Below, one piece after another: positions 8,053 through 17,564 of a stretch of 31,317 bases of DNA. The position numbers were made by a program, and so were the translations under genes. Below the pieces are notes generated by a model. The model ran no database searches, was not told where the DNA came from, and was given only the letters and a program-made list of their open reading frames with translations. The first letter of the stretch is position 1. Every line of letters begins with the position of its first letter. Source of the DNA: Candidatus Hermodarchaeota archaeon. Its GTDB lineage: Archaea; Asgardarchaeota; Lokiarchaeia; Sigyniarchaeales; SOKP01. The stretch covers positions 1-31,317 of the forward strand of contig JBHLLG010000032.1 in NCBI GenBank assembly GCA_048885925.1, written 5' to 3'.

Positions 8053-9282
8053 TTATTTAAATGATTCTATTACCCCTAGACTTGATTCTAATGGATTTCC
8101 TAAGCAAAAATGAATAGAATTTTTATGATCAATAAAGAAAGAACCAACTGTTCCCACTTCGAATGGGTCTCCTGTTGAAAATCTTCTTGAAATTAGTGTA
8201 TCTGAGCAGATATTGAATAAATCATTAAAGTCTAGATTTCCATCTTGGCTGTAAGTGTAGCATAATTCAGAAACTCTATGATAACGTTCTATATATTTGG
8301 AGGGATAAATCATGAACATCTTGAATATTGTATTTTCATAGATATTGGCATCAAAAGTATAACTTCCCCTTACAATTCTCTCTATTGAGTAAGAATTAGG
8401 AATAGTTTCGATTGCTATCATCGTTTTTTTAGTTCTTATAATATAATTCCATCCTAATGTAAAGTCATTAGAAATAATAATATCTTTTGCATGTTTAATT
8501 AATCTTGCATTTTCCAATACAGTCCTATAAATAATTGATATTGGAATCCCTGAGCATCCATAATTAAAAACTTCTATTAGATTGGCAGAAATTGATAGCC
8601 CCCATTTATTTATTCCACCCATAGCCAACATACTACCCATTCTAAATGAGAATACTTTTTTGCCATTTATCTTAGTAAAAACCCATGATACAGTGGGCAT
8701 CATTAAAAAGCTAATGTCAATTGTTTGTCCGAAAACTGTATTCTTTGCTGTATGAGATCCTATAGCGGTACAACCTCCAACTATTAATGGCGATTGTGGA
8801 TAACCTGTTAGCATTGGAATAATTTTTCCATAATAGATATCCCAAAAACAATTTTGAGCTAATACGTCTAGAAAATCAACTGAAATTTCATAAATTTCTC
8901 CCATAAATGGAATATATACAGCATCAATAGCATCAGCTATTCCCTGCATTTCATTTAAATAGTCTTCTGGGATAAATCCACGATAATCTAATGTGTAATA
9001 TAGGGCATGATCATAAGAAATTCCTATTTCTTGAACTTGAAGCATTATCATAAGTTTCATCCAAGCGATTTGAAAGGCTAGGTTTTGTCCTTCTAAAAAT
9101 CCAAGAGTATAGTAATCATCCGCTTCTACATATAAATAGGGTTGATTGTTGGAATATCTCCATTCAGCATAATTGCCTTTAGTATTATCAAGTCTGCAAG
9201 CATTAGCAAATGAAATAGATACTGAACAAAAACTTATTCCCAAAATGAATAGTAATAAAACTGATTTGTTTTTTAATTTCAT
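8053..9282 (-). CDS. secreted C45-family (Ntn-hydrolase) autoproteolytic acyltransferase/peptidase
   Basis: Signal-peptide-like MKLKNKSVLLLFILGISF; YTLGFLEGQ; EMQGIAD; cleavage-site GG|CTAIG; FGQTID; GGINKWGLSISAN. Likely ATG start at 9282 (track GTG start at 9345). Confidence 0.78.
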   Translation of the reverse strand: MKLKNKSVLLLFILGISFCSVSISFANACRLDNTKGNYAEWRYSNNQPYLYVEADDYYTLGFLEGQNLAFQIAWMKLMIMLQVQEIGISYDHALYYTLDYRGFIPEDYLNEMQGIADAIDAVYIPFMGEIYEISVDFLDVLAQNCFWDIYYGKIIPMLTGYPQSPLIVGGCTAIGSHTAKNTVFGQTIDISFLMMPTVSWVFTKINGKKVFSFRMGSMLAMGGINKWGLSISANLIEVFNYGCSGIPISIIYRTVLENARLIKHAKDIIISNDFTLGWNYIIRTKKTMIAIETIPNSYSIERIVRGSYTFDANIYENTIFKMFMIYPSKYIERYHRVSELCYTYSQDGNLDFNDLFNICSDTLISRRFSTGDPFEVGTVGSFFIDHKNSIHFCLGNPLESSLGVIESFK

Positions 9283-9385
9283 AATTCTTATACCTAATAA
9301 AATGGTTTGTAATACTATTTCTATATAAAGAAATTTAAATCCCACACTTTCTCTTTTTATAAGTTAAGAAAAATTTATGAATAAG

Positions 9386-9646
9386 TTATTCTAATAGCTC
9401 TATTTTTGAATAATCAACTGTAATAGTACTCTTTGTTTCAATTATATCTCCAATTATCGCTACTTTTTTATCTAAGTATTTATGCAATTCAGGATCGCTC
9501 TCCCACATATGATTTTTTTTCCTAACCAGTATTTCAGACCATCTAATTTTATAGTCATCAATTGGCTTAATAAAGTATTCTGGTCCTTCTGAACGTGTTC
9601 CCTTTCCTTTTATTATAGCGAAAAGAATTCCTTTTATCTCATCAAT
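9386..9646 (-). CDS. small hypothetical protein (86 aa, possible OB-fold-like) with putative ATT start
   Basis: Manually translated: IDEIKGILFAIIKGKGTRSEGPEYFIKPIDDYKIRWSEILVRKKNHMWESDPELHKYLDKKVAIIGDIIETKSTITVDYSKIELLE*. It fills the gap between the hydrolase and pfk and is co-directional with both. An in-frame TAA lies two codons upstream of ATT. Confidence 0.62.
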   Translation of the reverse strand: MDEIKGILFAIIKGKGTRSEGPEYFIKPIDDYKIRWSEILVRKKNHMWESDPELHKYLDKKVAIIGDIIETKSTITVDYSKIELLE

Positions 9647-9686
9647 AGGTTAAATAATATAATATTTCAAAAAAAAATATCTATAT

Positions 9687-10841
9687 TTATTTTTGTTTCG
9701 ACAAATACCTTATTTTTACTAGTAAATCACGTAATTCCATTTTATCATTTTGTGGGGTAATATATTTCTTTTTTACTCCTTCTGAAAGTGGAACTGTCTC
9801 AATTTTATTTCCTTGGAGAGAAACCATATTTCCAAATTTACCTTCTAAGACTAATTTCATTGCTGCTAAGCCGAATCTTAAACCAAGAATTCTATCAAAA
9901 GAGTTAGGATGTCCAGCACGCATAGTATGTCCAAGTATTACACTACGGCATTCAAAATCTATATCATTTTTTTGAAATTCATTCTTTAAATCGTCTCTTA
10001 AATTTAATTCATCAACAATTATTTTAGACATACCTAAATTAGCTAATAAAGGATTTCCATATGTATCTTTAGGCAATTTATCAATTGTTTCTTTCGATAT
10101 TGTCCTAAAATCTCGATTTAAAGATTCTAAACTTGGATATGCTCCCTCTGATACAGCAATTATATGATATTTATATCCTGCATTAACTCTTTTTATCAAA
10201 ATATCTATCACATCCCTTTTTAAATCGAAAGGTGTTTCTGGAATTAAAATTATATCTGCTCCAGCAGAAATCCCGCTATACATTGTTAAAAATCCTGCAT
10301 CTCTTCCCATGATTTCAACTACAAATACTCTTTGATGAGAATTTGCTGTAGTTGTTAAGTTATCCAGTGTATCCGAAGCTAATTGTACTGCACTCCAAAA
10401 ACCAAAAGTATAATGTGTTCCTGCCAGGTCATTATCAATAGTTTTAGGGACACCAATTACTTTAGCATTAGCAAATTTAAACATAGAATTGGCAACTCCA
10501 AGAGTATCATCCCCTCCAATCGCTATTAGAGCATCAATTCCTAATTCTTCAAATTTTTTTGTTAATTCTTTTGCTTTTTCCTCCTTAGAGCTAACTCCTT
10601 TAAAAGGATTGGTTCTACTTGTATAGAGAATTGTCCCACCGATAGTATGTAAATCATCGTGCTCAGCAATTTTGAGAGGAAGAGTCTGATTCTTCAAAAA
10701 TCCTTTCCAGCCTTTGAGGATTCCAACACATTCAACACCTACATCATATGCTTTAAGCATAATTCCATAAAGAACAGAATTTAAACCAGGACAGTCACCA
10801 CCACCAGTAAGTATTCCAACCTTTTTTATTTGATTTCCCAT
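9687..10841 (-). CDS. pfp: 6-phosphofructokinase, PfkA family, predicted pyrophosphate-dependent
   Basis: GILTGGGDCPGLN, GGTILYTSR, IGGDDT, PKTIDND, VEIMGR and LGHTMRAG motifs. Confidence 0.88.
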   Translation of the reverse strand: MGNQIKKVGILTGGGDCPGLNSVLYGIMLKAYDVGVECVGILKGWKGFLKNQTLPLKIAEHDDLHTIGGTILYTSRTNPFKGVSSKEEKAKELTKKFEELGIDALIAIGGDDTLGVANSMFKFANAKVIGVPKTIDNDLAGTHYTFGFWSAVQLASDTLDNLTTTANSHQRVFVVEIMGRDAGFLTMYSGISAGADIILIPETPFDLKRDVIDILIKRVNAGYKYHIIAVSEGAYPSLESLNRDFRTISKETIDKLPKDTYGNPLLANLGMSKIIVDELNLRDDLKNEFQKNDIDFECRSVILGHTMRAGHPNSFDRILGLRFGLAAMKLVLEGKFGNMVSLQGNKIETVPLSEGVKKKYITPQNDKMELRDLLVKIRYLSKQK

Positions 10842-10921
10842 GTTATTTCACAAATTCAGTTTAATCAGATTAATAGAAAATATTTTATAATAAAAAATTA
10901 TGAATATTTCATATTTTAGAT

Positions 10922-11491
10922 TTATTCTAAATCAATTTTATCAATTTTCGAAAAATTATATTTTGATTTATCTTGTGGGATTATATAACTACCACCCTGA
11001 GGATCGGTTATTTTAAGAGTGAATTTAAATCTCCCCTCTATTGCTTGGTTCAAATTGTATAGAAGTGCATCTATTTCACTTCTCTCTGGATCATTTTCTT
11101 CAAGATTATTTCTATAAATTGAAACTGCATTTTCAAATCTGAATAATATTCCTTGCACGTTTGTATAATAAAAATCTGCTCGTGGTCCTGGTTCAACAAT
11201 TAAATCTAATTCTGGGATTTCTAATTTTCCTAATGGTGAACGATAGATCTTTGACTTTAGATCCTCTTCATCAGTTACTCTTAAAGTCATAATTCCAGGG
11301 CTCATGTTAGTAGTTAAAGGAATAATATCGTTTTTATGAAAGTTACATTTATTGCATTCAAATTTTAAAATAAGCATTTTATCTCCATCTGGGAGATCAT
11401 AAACAGTTTTAAAAATATCGATTGTTCCTTCTTGACATGAAGGACATTTAAAGGAAAATGCACTCTTACTCTTATCATTCTTACTTGACAT
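10922..11491 (-). CDS. zpr1: ZPR1-type zinc finger protein (archaeal single-module form)
   Basis: CPSC...CNKC zinc ribbon; IPELDLIVEPGP; TNVQGIL; FTLKITDPQGGSYI. Confidence 0.9.
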   Translation of the reverse strand: MSSKNDKSKSAFSFKCPSCQEGTIDIFKTVYDLPDGDKMLILKFECNKCNFHKNDIIPLTTNMSPGIMTLRVTDEEDLKSKIYRSPLGKLEIPELDLIVEPGPRADFYYTNVQGILFRFENAVSIYRNNLEENDPERSEIDALLYNLNQAIEGRFKFTLKITDPQGGSYIIPQDKSKYNFSKIDKIDLE

Positions 11492-11711
11492 TTTATTATT
11501 TCAAATTAAATTTGAATGATTATCTTTTTAAATTTCCAAAATCAAATTACAATAATAGTTTTCTGAAAATAAATTAATTGATATAACAATTATTATTATA
11601 AATTCTATACTATTGTTTCATATTGCAGTTATATCATTAAAATCAATAGAACTTTTATTTATTGTGCCTTTATTGGACATATTATAATCATTTGAAATAA
11701 AGTTAGGTTAG

Positions 11712-12302
11712 TTGAATAAGTTGTCAAATATCGAAAAAATTGTTGAAATATCAATGCATTGTAGAGGGGGTCAAACTTGTATTACCGCTAGCCAATTATT
11801 AGCTGAAATGGCATTTGAGGAAGGTTTCAAGGATACAATCGCAATTCCAATAATAGGAGCTGAACGAAGAGGTGCCCCAATACAAGCATTTACAAAAGTT
11901 TCTAAGAGTAAATCAATCAAAACCTATGATAGTGTTGTTAATCCAGATTATATACTTATGTTTGATATTTCTTTATTGGAGATCCCAACAATAAAAGCAA
12001 CAATAAAGGAAGGAGTAAATCTTATAATAAATAGTCCAAATCCTATAGATACTAGTGGTCTGCCAAGAAATATAAAAATATTTATTGTTGATGCAACAGG
12101 AATTTGCATTAAGAGAAATTTTATGCATGCAAGTGGCCCCATTCTGAATATTCCCATGTTAGGGGCTTTTGGAAAGGTCACTGGATATTATAATCTTGAG
12201 ACCATGGAAAAAGTGATTAAAAAGGAATTTGGAGAGGGTAGATTAGAAAAAAATATGAGCGTTGCAAAAGACGCTTATGAATCAGTAAGAGAGATGTATT
12301 AA
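11712..12302 (+). CDS. porG: pyruvate/2-oxoacid:ferredoxin oxidoreductase gamma subunit
   Basis: RGGQ, GAERRGAP, VDATGI and NIPMLGA motifs; first gene of a gamma-delta-alpha-beta operon. Confidence 0.9.
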   Translation: MNKLSNIEKIVEISMHCRGGQTCITASQLLAEMAFEEGFKDTIAIPIIGAERRGAPIQAFTKVSKSKSIKTYDSVVNPDYILMFDISLLEIPTIKATIKEGVNLIINSPNPIDTSGLPRNIKIFIVDATGICIKRNFMHASGPILNIPMLGAFGKVTGYYNLETMEKVIKKEFGEGRLEKNMSVAKDAYESVREMY

Positions 12303-12649
12303 TGTCTGAATCAAAAAAATGGAAAAAAATTAATAAATCAGTTAAGGAACGTCCTAAAGTTCAAGAATATAAAAATTGGAAGGAATTATCACCTATACCA
12401 ATTTCATTGCCGATTGATGGAAATATAGGTACAACTGGTGATTGGAGAACTTTTAGACCCACTATTAAAGAAGGATGTAATAAATGTGGGATATGCTGGA
12501 TGTATTGTCCTGAGGGTGTAATTAAAAGGAGAGATGATGGTACCTTTGAAATAGATTTGCGTTACTGTAAAGGATGTGGGATATGTGCAAAAGAATGTCC
12601 AACAAATAATATAGAAATGGTAAGAGAGAGTGAAATAAAAGATGGTTGA
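12302..12649 (+). CDS. porD: pyruvate/2-oxoacid:ferredoxin oxidoreductase delta subunit (2x[4Fe-4S])
   Basis: TGDWRTFRP; CNKCGICWMYCP and CKGCGICAKECP. Confidence 0.93.
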   Translation: MSESKKWKKINKSVKERPKVQEYKNWKELSPIPISLPIDGNIGTTGDWRTFRPTIKEGCNKCGICWMYCPEGVIKRRDDGTFEIDLRYCKGCGICAKECPTNNIEMVRESEIKDG

Positions 12650-13898
12650 AGCTAAAAAGGATTTTTTACAAAAAAGAGAAAATATCATAATAAAAGGAAA
12701 TGAAGCGGCTGCTTATGCAGCTAAATCCGCACGAGTTCAAGTAATAAGTGCTTATCCTATAACACCACAAACAACAGTAGTTGAAAAATTATCTGAATTT
12801 GTAGATAATGGAGAAATGCCAGGTACTGAATATATAAAAATGGAATCAGAACATAGTGTTTTTGCTGCTGTTATTGGCGCAAGTAAGGCAGGAACTCGAA
12901 CTTTCACAGCAACCTCTGGACAAGGCATTTTCTATGCTCATGAAATGATTCACTGGGCAGCAGGAGCCAGATTACCTATTGTTGTTGCAATTGCTTCACG
13001 AGGTCCAGCTCCACCATGGAATATTTGGGCTGATTTTACCGATGTATTAAGTCAGCGTGATACAGGGTGGATGAGTTCATTTTGTGCTACACATCAAGAA
13101 ATATATGATGAAATTTTAATGTCTTATAAACTTTGTGAAGATTCTGATATTCTTTTACCCAAATTCGTAGCTTATGGTGGATTTATTCTTTCTCATACAT
13201 CAAAACCAGTCATTATTGAAGATCAAGACCTTGTAGATCAGTTTTTACCACCATTACCAAGTGAGGAGGGTTGGCCACACATTTGGATGGATCCAAAAAG
13301 ACCAATGATGTTCGGAAATCTTATTATGCCATCAAGTTTTTATTTAGAATTTAGATTAAAAATTCAAGAGGCATTTTTTAGAGCAAAGGAGAAAATTAAA
13401 CATGTTGCTAAAGAATTTGAGACTGTTTTTGGTAGAAATTACGGGAATGGTTTAATTCAAGAGTATTATATGAATGACGCTGAAGTAGGGGTAATAATTT
13501 ATGGAGATTTAGCATTACAAATGGAACAAGCAATAGACGATTTGAGAGAAGAAGGTTATAAAGTTGGAATGGTAAAACTTCGTCATTTTCGACCTTTTCC
13601 AACTGAAGATATTATTAAATCTGCTAAAAAAGTGAAAGTTCTTGGAGTTATAGATAGAGCTACAGCATTTGGTTCTCAAACGGGAGGACCGGTAAGTTGC
13701 GAAGTTAAAACTGCATTACACGAAACTAAAGGAACTGCTAAAATAATGCCACTTATTAATGGATTAGGGGGTCGGGAAGTTACACTTGAACAGCAAAAAA
13801 ACCAATTAAAAGCATTGGTTAAGTTCAAAGAGACTGGAGAACTCCCAAAGGATGTAATTTATGGAACTTTATGGGATGGATTATTGGAGGTTGAATAA
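12642..13898 (+). CDS. porA: pyruvate/2-oxoacid:ferredoxin oxidoreductase alpha subunit
   Basis: GNEAAA, AYPITPQT, ESEHS, TATSGQG, RPFP and GLGGRE motifs. Confidence 0.93.
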   Translation: MVEAKKDFLQKRENIIIKGNEAAAYAAKSARVQVISAYPITPQTTVVEKLSEFVDNGEMPGTEYIKMESEHSVFAAVIGASKAGTRTFTATSGQGIFYAHEMIHWAAGARLPIVVAIASRGPAPPWNIWADFTDVLSQRDTGWMSSFCATHQEIYDEILMSYKLCEDSDILLPKFVAYGGFILSHTSKPVIIEDQDLVDQFLPPLPSEEGWPHIWMDPKRPMMFGNLIMPSSFYLEFRLKIQEAFFRAKEKIKHVAKEFETVFGRNYGNGLIQEYYMNDAEVGVIIYGDLALQMEQAIDDLREEGYKVGMVKLRHFRPFPTEDIIKSAKKVKVLGVIDRATAFGSQTGGPVSCEVKTALHETKGTAKIMPLINGLGGREVTLEQQKNQLKALVKFKETGELPKDVIYGTLWDGLLEVE

Positions 13899-13903
13899 AT
13901 AAT

Positions 13904-14845
13904 ATGGTTAAATTAAAAGAAGCATTAGAATCCTGCCAGGAGGAGTTTTTCCTTCCAGGAAATTCGTGTTGTGCCGGATGTGGATTAGAGCTTGCACTTA
14001 GATGGGCGATAAAAGCGTTAGGACCAAATACAGCTCTTGTTACACCCGCTTCTTGCTTAAATGTCGTGGTGGGTTTATGGCCTAAAACAGCACCAAATTT
14101 TCCATTTACAAATATGGCTTTTGCGGCAGGAGCTGCTGCTGCTACAGGTATGTCTGCGGCTTTTAAAGCTAAAGCATATAGATTTCCCGGAAAGGGATGG
14201 GACGAAATAACGACAATCACTTTTGCTGGTGATGGAGGTACTGCAGATATTGGAATTCAAGGTTTAAGTGGTGCTGCAGAAAGAAATTCAGACCAAATTT
14301 ATGTCTGTTATGATAATGAAGCATATATGAACACAGGAATTCAGAGATCTTCAAGTACTCCGCATGGTGCGTGGACAAGCACAACCACAAAGGGAAAAGA
14401 TCGGTTTAAGAAGAATCTTCCTGCAATTATAGCTGCTCATGATATTCCTTATGTAGCAACTTGTGCGATTAGTGAACCGCTAGATCTATATGATAAATTT
14501 AAAAAAGCTAAGTTAATTAAAGGTTGTAGGTATATCCATATTCTTGCTCCATGCCCACCCGGTTGGGGACTCGAAAGTTCAGAGTCAATAGAAGTATCAA
14601 AATTAGCGGTTAAAACAGGATCTTGGATTTTATATGAAGTTGAAAATGGAATTATGACGTTATCTAAAGCAAGTAGACCACTATTAGATCCCTCTAAGAG
14701 AATTCCACTTGTAGAATATCTTTCAAAGCAAAAACGATTTGCTAATATTTCAGAAAAGGATTTAATTGAACTCCAAGAATACTTAGAACATACTTGGAAA
14801 CGATTGGAAGCAGATTTAAGTTGTCAAGACATGTATCCAAAATAA
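13904..14845 (+). CDS. porB: pyruvate/2-oxoacid:ferredoxin oxidoreductase beta subunit (TPP-binding)
   Basis: CAGCG; TPP motif GDGGTADIG...YDNEAYMNTGIQRS; PCPPGW. Confidence 0.93.
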   Translation: MVKLKEALESCQEEFFLPGNSCCAGCGLELALRWAIKALGPNTALVTPASCLNVVVGLWPKTAPNFPFTNMAFAAGAAAATGMSAAFKAKAYRFPGKGWDEITTITFAGDGGTADIGIQGLSGAAERNSDQIYVCYDNEAYMNTGIQRSSSTPHGAWTSTTTKGKDRFKKNLPAIIAAHDIPYVATCAISEPLDLYDKFKKAKLIKGCRYIHILAPCPPGWGLESSESIEVSKLAVKTGSWILYEVENGIMTLSKASRPLLDPSKRIPLVEYLSKQKRFANISEKDLIELQEYLEHTWKRLEADLSCQDMYPK

Positions 14846-14903
14846 CTTTATATGTTTTCTTCCTCATTTTTAATTAAGAGTTTTAAAGAGAAAAAGTGTT
14901 TAA

Positions 14904-15563
14904 ATGGGTTTTTTAGTAAAACTTGCTGGAAAAGAAATTAAAGAAATCGAAATTTATTTGAAAATTGCAGTTGAAAATATAATTGAAGGAAAAGTAATCT
15001 CCTTTCCTACAGACTCAGTTTATGGAATTGGAGGGGATCCTCTAAATTTAGAGGTAATAAATAAAATCTATGAGATTAAATTTCGCGATAGATCAAAAGG
15101 TTTATTATTATTAGTTTCAGATTATGACGAAGCTAGTAAAATAGCTGAATTCAACGAAATTGCTAAAAAATTAGCTAAAAAATATTGGCCAGGACAATTA
15201 ACTTTAATATTGAAAAGAAAAGAAAACTGTTTTATACCTTCAGAAGTCTCTGCTTTTCAAGATACAATAGGCTTACGAGTTCCCGAAAATGAAATTATAC
15301 TAAACATTCTAAAACTTTTAAAATCAGAGGGACATTTTGGAGGGATTATAGGTACATCAGCTAATTACTCTGGTGAATCTCCTTCTATTTCTGGAGAAGA
15401 AGTGAGCAAAAAAATATTAAGTCCAATAGATTTAATTATTGATGGAGGTATATCAAAATCAAGGCTTCCTACTACTATTGTTGATTGTACCTCAGATGAA
15501 ATAAAGTTTTTACGTATAGGGGAGATATCTGATGAAGAAATATTAGGATTTTTATCAAAATAA
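14904..15563 (+). CDS. tsaC: L-threonylcarbamoyladenylate synthase (TsaC/Sua5/YrdC, short form)
   Basis: FPTDSVYG, KFR (KxR), WPGQLTLIL, GLRVP, TSAN and PTTIVD motifs; 219 aa with no SUA5 C-terminal domain. Confidence 0.9.
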   Translation: MGFLVKLAGKEIKEIEIYLKIAVENIIEGKVISFPTDSVYGIGGDPLNLEVINKIYEIKFRDRSKGLLLLVSDYDEASKIAEFNEIAKKLAKKYWPGQLTLILKRKENCFIPSEVSAFQDTIGLRVPENEIILNILKLLKSEGHFGGIIGTSANYSGESPSISGEEVSKKILSPIDLIIDGGISKSRLPTTIVDCTSDEIKFLRIGEISDEEILGFLSK

Positions 15564-15577
15564 AAAGAGCTTTGCAA

Positions 15578-16102
15578 ATGAAGAATTTTAATTTATTAAT
15601 ATCAACACCTCGATATAATGAAATGGAAGCAAAGTCGGAATTATGGTTTACATTATTAATCTGTGGTGATAAATATCCAATTATTTCAGGAATCCATTTT
15701 CCCGGGTTAATTACGGCTTTTACAAATTTAGATATAAAAAAAGTTATTTCTAATATTAAAAAAATCCTTCAAAAAAATCCGCAATATTTCCAATTTATTC
15801 TTAAAATTGTTCCTATTAATTTTATTTGTGAAACTGATGTTAAAGTTATAAAGTATATAATAGATAAGAATTATAGAAATTTCATTAAGAAAAAAGACAC
15901 ATTTAGAATTACACTAAAACGGAGGCATCACGAGAGTATAGAAAGATCTAATTTCATTGATAGCATCGCTAAAAACATCAAAAACAAAGTCAATCTTAAT
16001 AATCCAGATAAAATTATACGAATTGAAATTTTAGGGAATATTTGTGGAATATCATTTTTAGAAAAAGGGGATATAATTAAAAATAATAATATAAAAATGT
16101 GA
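15578..16102 (+). CDS. stand-alone THUMP-domain RNA-binding protein
   Basis: N-terminal ferredoxin-like part plus TFRITLKRR...KVNLNNPDKIIRIEILG. Start is TTG at 15572 or ATG at 15578. Confidence 0.85.
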   Translation: MKNFNLLISTPRYNEMEAKSELWFTLLICGDKYPIISGIHFPGLITAFTNLDIKKVISNIKKILQKNPQYFQFILKIVPINFICETDVKVIKYIIDKNYRNFIKKKDTFRITLKRRHHESIERSNFIDSIAKNIKNKVNLNNPDKIIRIEILGNICGISFLEKGDIIKNNNIKM

Positions 16103-16110
16103 AAATAAGA

Positions 16111-16785
16111 TTATCTTGTTTTTTCCACACTTAGAAGTGCCATTTTTTCACAAATAAGATCAAATAAAGCTGAAAATTTTAATGTTAAATTAAATTCAAT
16201 TTTTTTCTTATCATTTCCGTAGGATCTTAAAACAGAATCAACTTGATTATCTAAAATCCCATAAAAATCTTTAATCAAATTATATTTAGTTAATGATTTG
16301 TGATCGATTGTTAATTTCTGTTCCTGAGCAAAAACAGCAGGATATAGATCATTCCAAACACTATTTATTATATCAAATGGTGAAACGATGCAAAGAGTTA
16401 ATAAACTATTTTTTAAATCAAAAAATTCAATCCCAAAGGCTTGAATACTCTTATTAATTTGCCGATTAACTGCTAAATATAATAAAAATTCAATATTTTT
16501 TTTATTCGAAATATTTATTTTTTGTTTGAATGCTTTCTGAAGAAAATAAGATGCAATAAATATATGATCTTGACTTAGAATATACTTATCTTTAATAAAT
16601 TGTATCATTAAATTTTCATTTTTATCTTGAATTCCATCAATAATATTGAAAAATTGAACTATAGCTTTTTCTTCATTATTTATATTATAATGATGTAAAA
16701 ATTTTTCTAGATCTATTTTAACCTGTTCAATTCCGACAAAATAATTTAAATTTAAATCCTCAATATAAAATTCTTTTACAATCAC
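16111..16785 (-). CDS. cgi121: KEOPS complex subunit Cgi121
   Basis: QFIKDKYILSQDHI..A; NISNKKNIEFLLYLAVNRQINKSIQAFGI; C-terminal EKMALL. The real start is probably GTG at 16785 overlapping the ecfT TGA (GTGA), not 16887. Confidence 0.85.
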   Translation of the reverse strand: MIVKEFYIEDLNLNYFVGIEQVKIDLEKFLHHYNINNEEKAIVQFFNIIDGIQDKNENLMIQFIKDKYILSQDHIFIASYFLQKAFKQKINISNKKNIEFLLYLAVNRQINKSIQAFGIEFFDLKNSLLTLCIVSPFDIINSVWNDLYPAVFAQEQKLTIDHKSLTKYNLIKDFYGILDNQVDSVLRSYGNDKKKIEFNLTLKFSALFDLICEKMALLSVEKTR

Positions 16786-17549
16786 ACAGGGAGACTCCAC
16801 ATTAAGAATTCTGGCATGATACTGAATTGTATTCGTACAAAAATCAAAAAAGTCAAGAAAAATAATAAATAGATTGTGAAAATCCAATCTTTAAGGGAAT
16901 ATTTAATAATGTAATAATAGGATCGTTCTTTTCGACTTCCAAAACCTCTTGATTCTAGAGCTTCCGCAACGTTAAAGGCTCTTTTGATGGAACAAATTAT
17001 TAGAGGTATTAAGAGAGGAAAAAGGTTTTTTATCTGATTTATAAGTCCTTTTTTTTGCATTTCATATCCTCTACTTTGTTGAGCATCTAGAATATTTTGA
17101 GCTTCAATTGCAATTGTTGGTACAAATCTAAATGCTAATGAGAAAGAAAAAGCAAATTCATAAGGTAATTTCATCGCAATCAAAGAAAGTGCTAAATCAT
17201 TTGGATCAACTGTAAGAAAAAAAATTGAAAAAGCTGAAATCATGATACTTATTCTTAAAATCATTGCTATGGCAAATGACAAAGATATAAATAAGCTGTT
17301 TAAAATAATTATAAAAATTATTAAAAATGATATACTACGCATACTTTTAATCCATTGTTTACATAATTTTCCTAAAATAATCAAGGGGATTAAACTCATA
17401 AAAATAAGAAATAAGGGAACTATTTCTGTATATAACAGTGCACTAATAGTGTATATAATTGAAAAAAACAATTTTGCTCGTGGATCCAAATTATGCAAGA
17501 AGGAATCTTTTTTCATAAATTTAAAAGCATTTAAAAATTCTAATGACAT
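16782..17549 (-). CDS. ecfT: ECF transporter transmembrane T component
   Basis: LHNLDPRAKL, FRFVPT, and the conserved AQQSRG and ALESRG Arg motifs. Confidence 0.92.
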   Translation of the reverse strand: MSLEFLNAFKFMKKDSFLHNLDPRAKLFFSIIYTISALLYTEIVPLFLIFMSLIPLIILGKLCKQWIKSMRSISFLIIFIIILNSLFISLSFAIAMILRISIMISAFSIFFLTVDPNDLALSLIAMKLPYEFAFSFSLAFRFVPTIAIEAQNILDAQQSRGYEMQKKGLINQIKNLFPLLIPLIICSIKRAFNVAEALESRGFGSRKERSYYYIIKYSLKDWIFTIYLLFFLTFLIFVRIQFSIMPEFLMWSLPV

Positions 17550-17564
17550 TTATTAGGTTTCCTC

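Noticed and set aside
3585-15577. Short antisense ORFs at 3585-3839, 11948-12181, 12404-12688, 13408-13602, 13825-14220, 14075-14260 and 15365-15577
   Set aside because: All overlap conserved ACAD, POR or TsaC genes on the opposite strand and have no recognisable protein features.
16786-16887. N-terminal 34-aa extension of Cgi121 in the ORF track
   Set aside because: It overlaps the 3' end of ecfT. A GTG overlapping the ecfT stop (GTGA) gives a more plausible coupled start.
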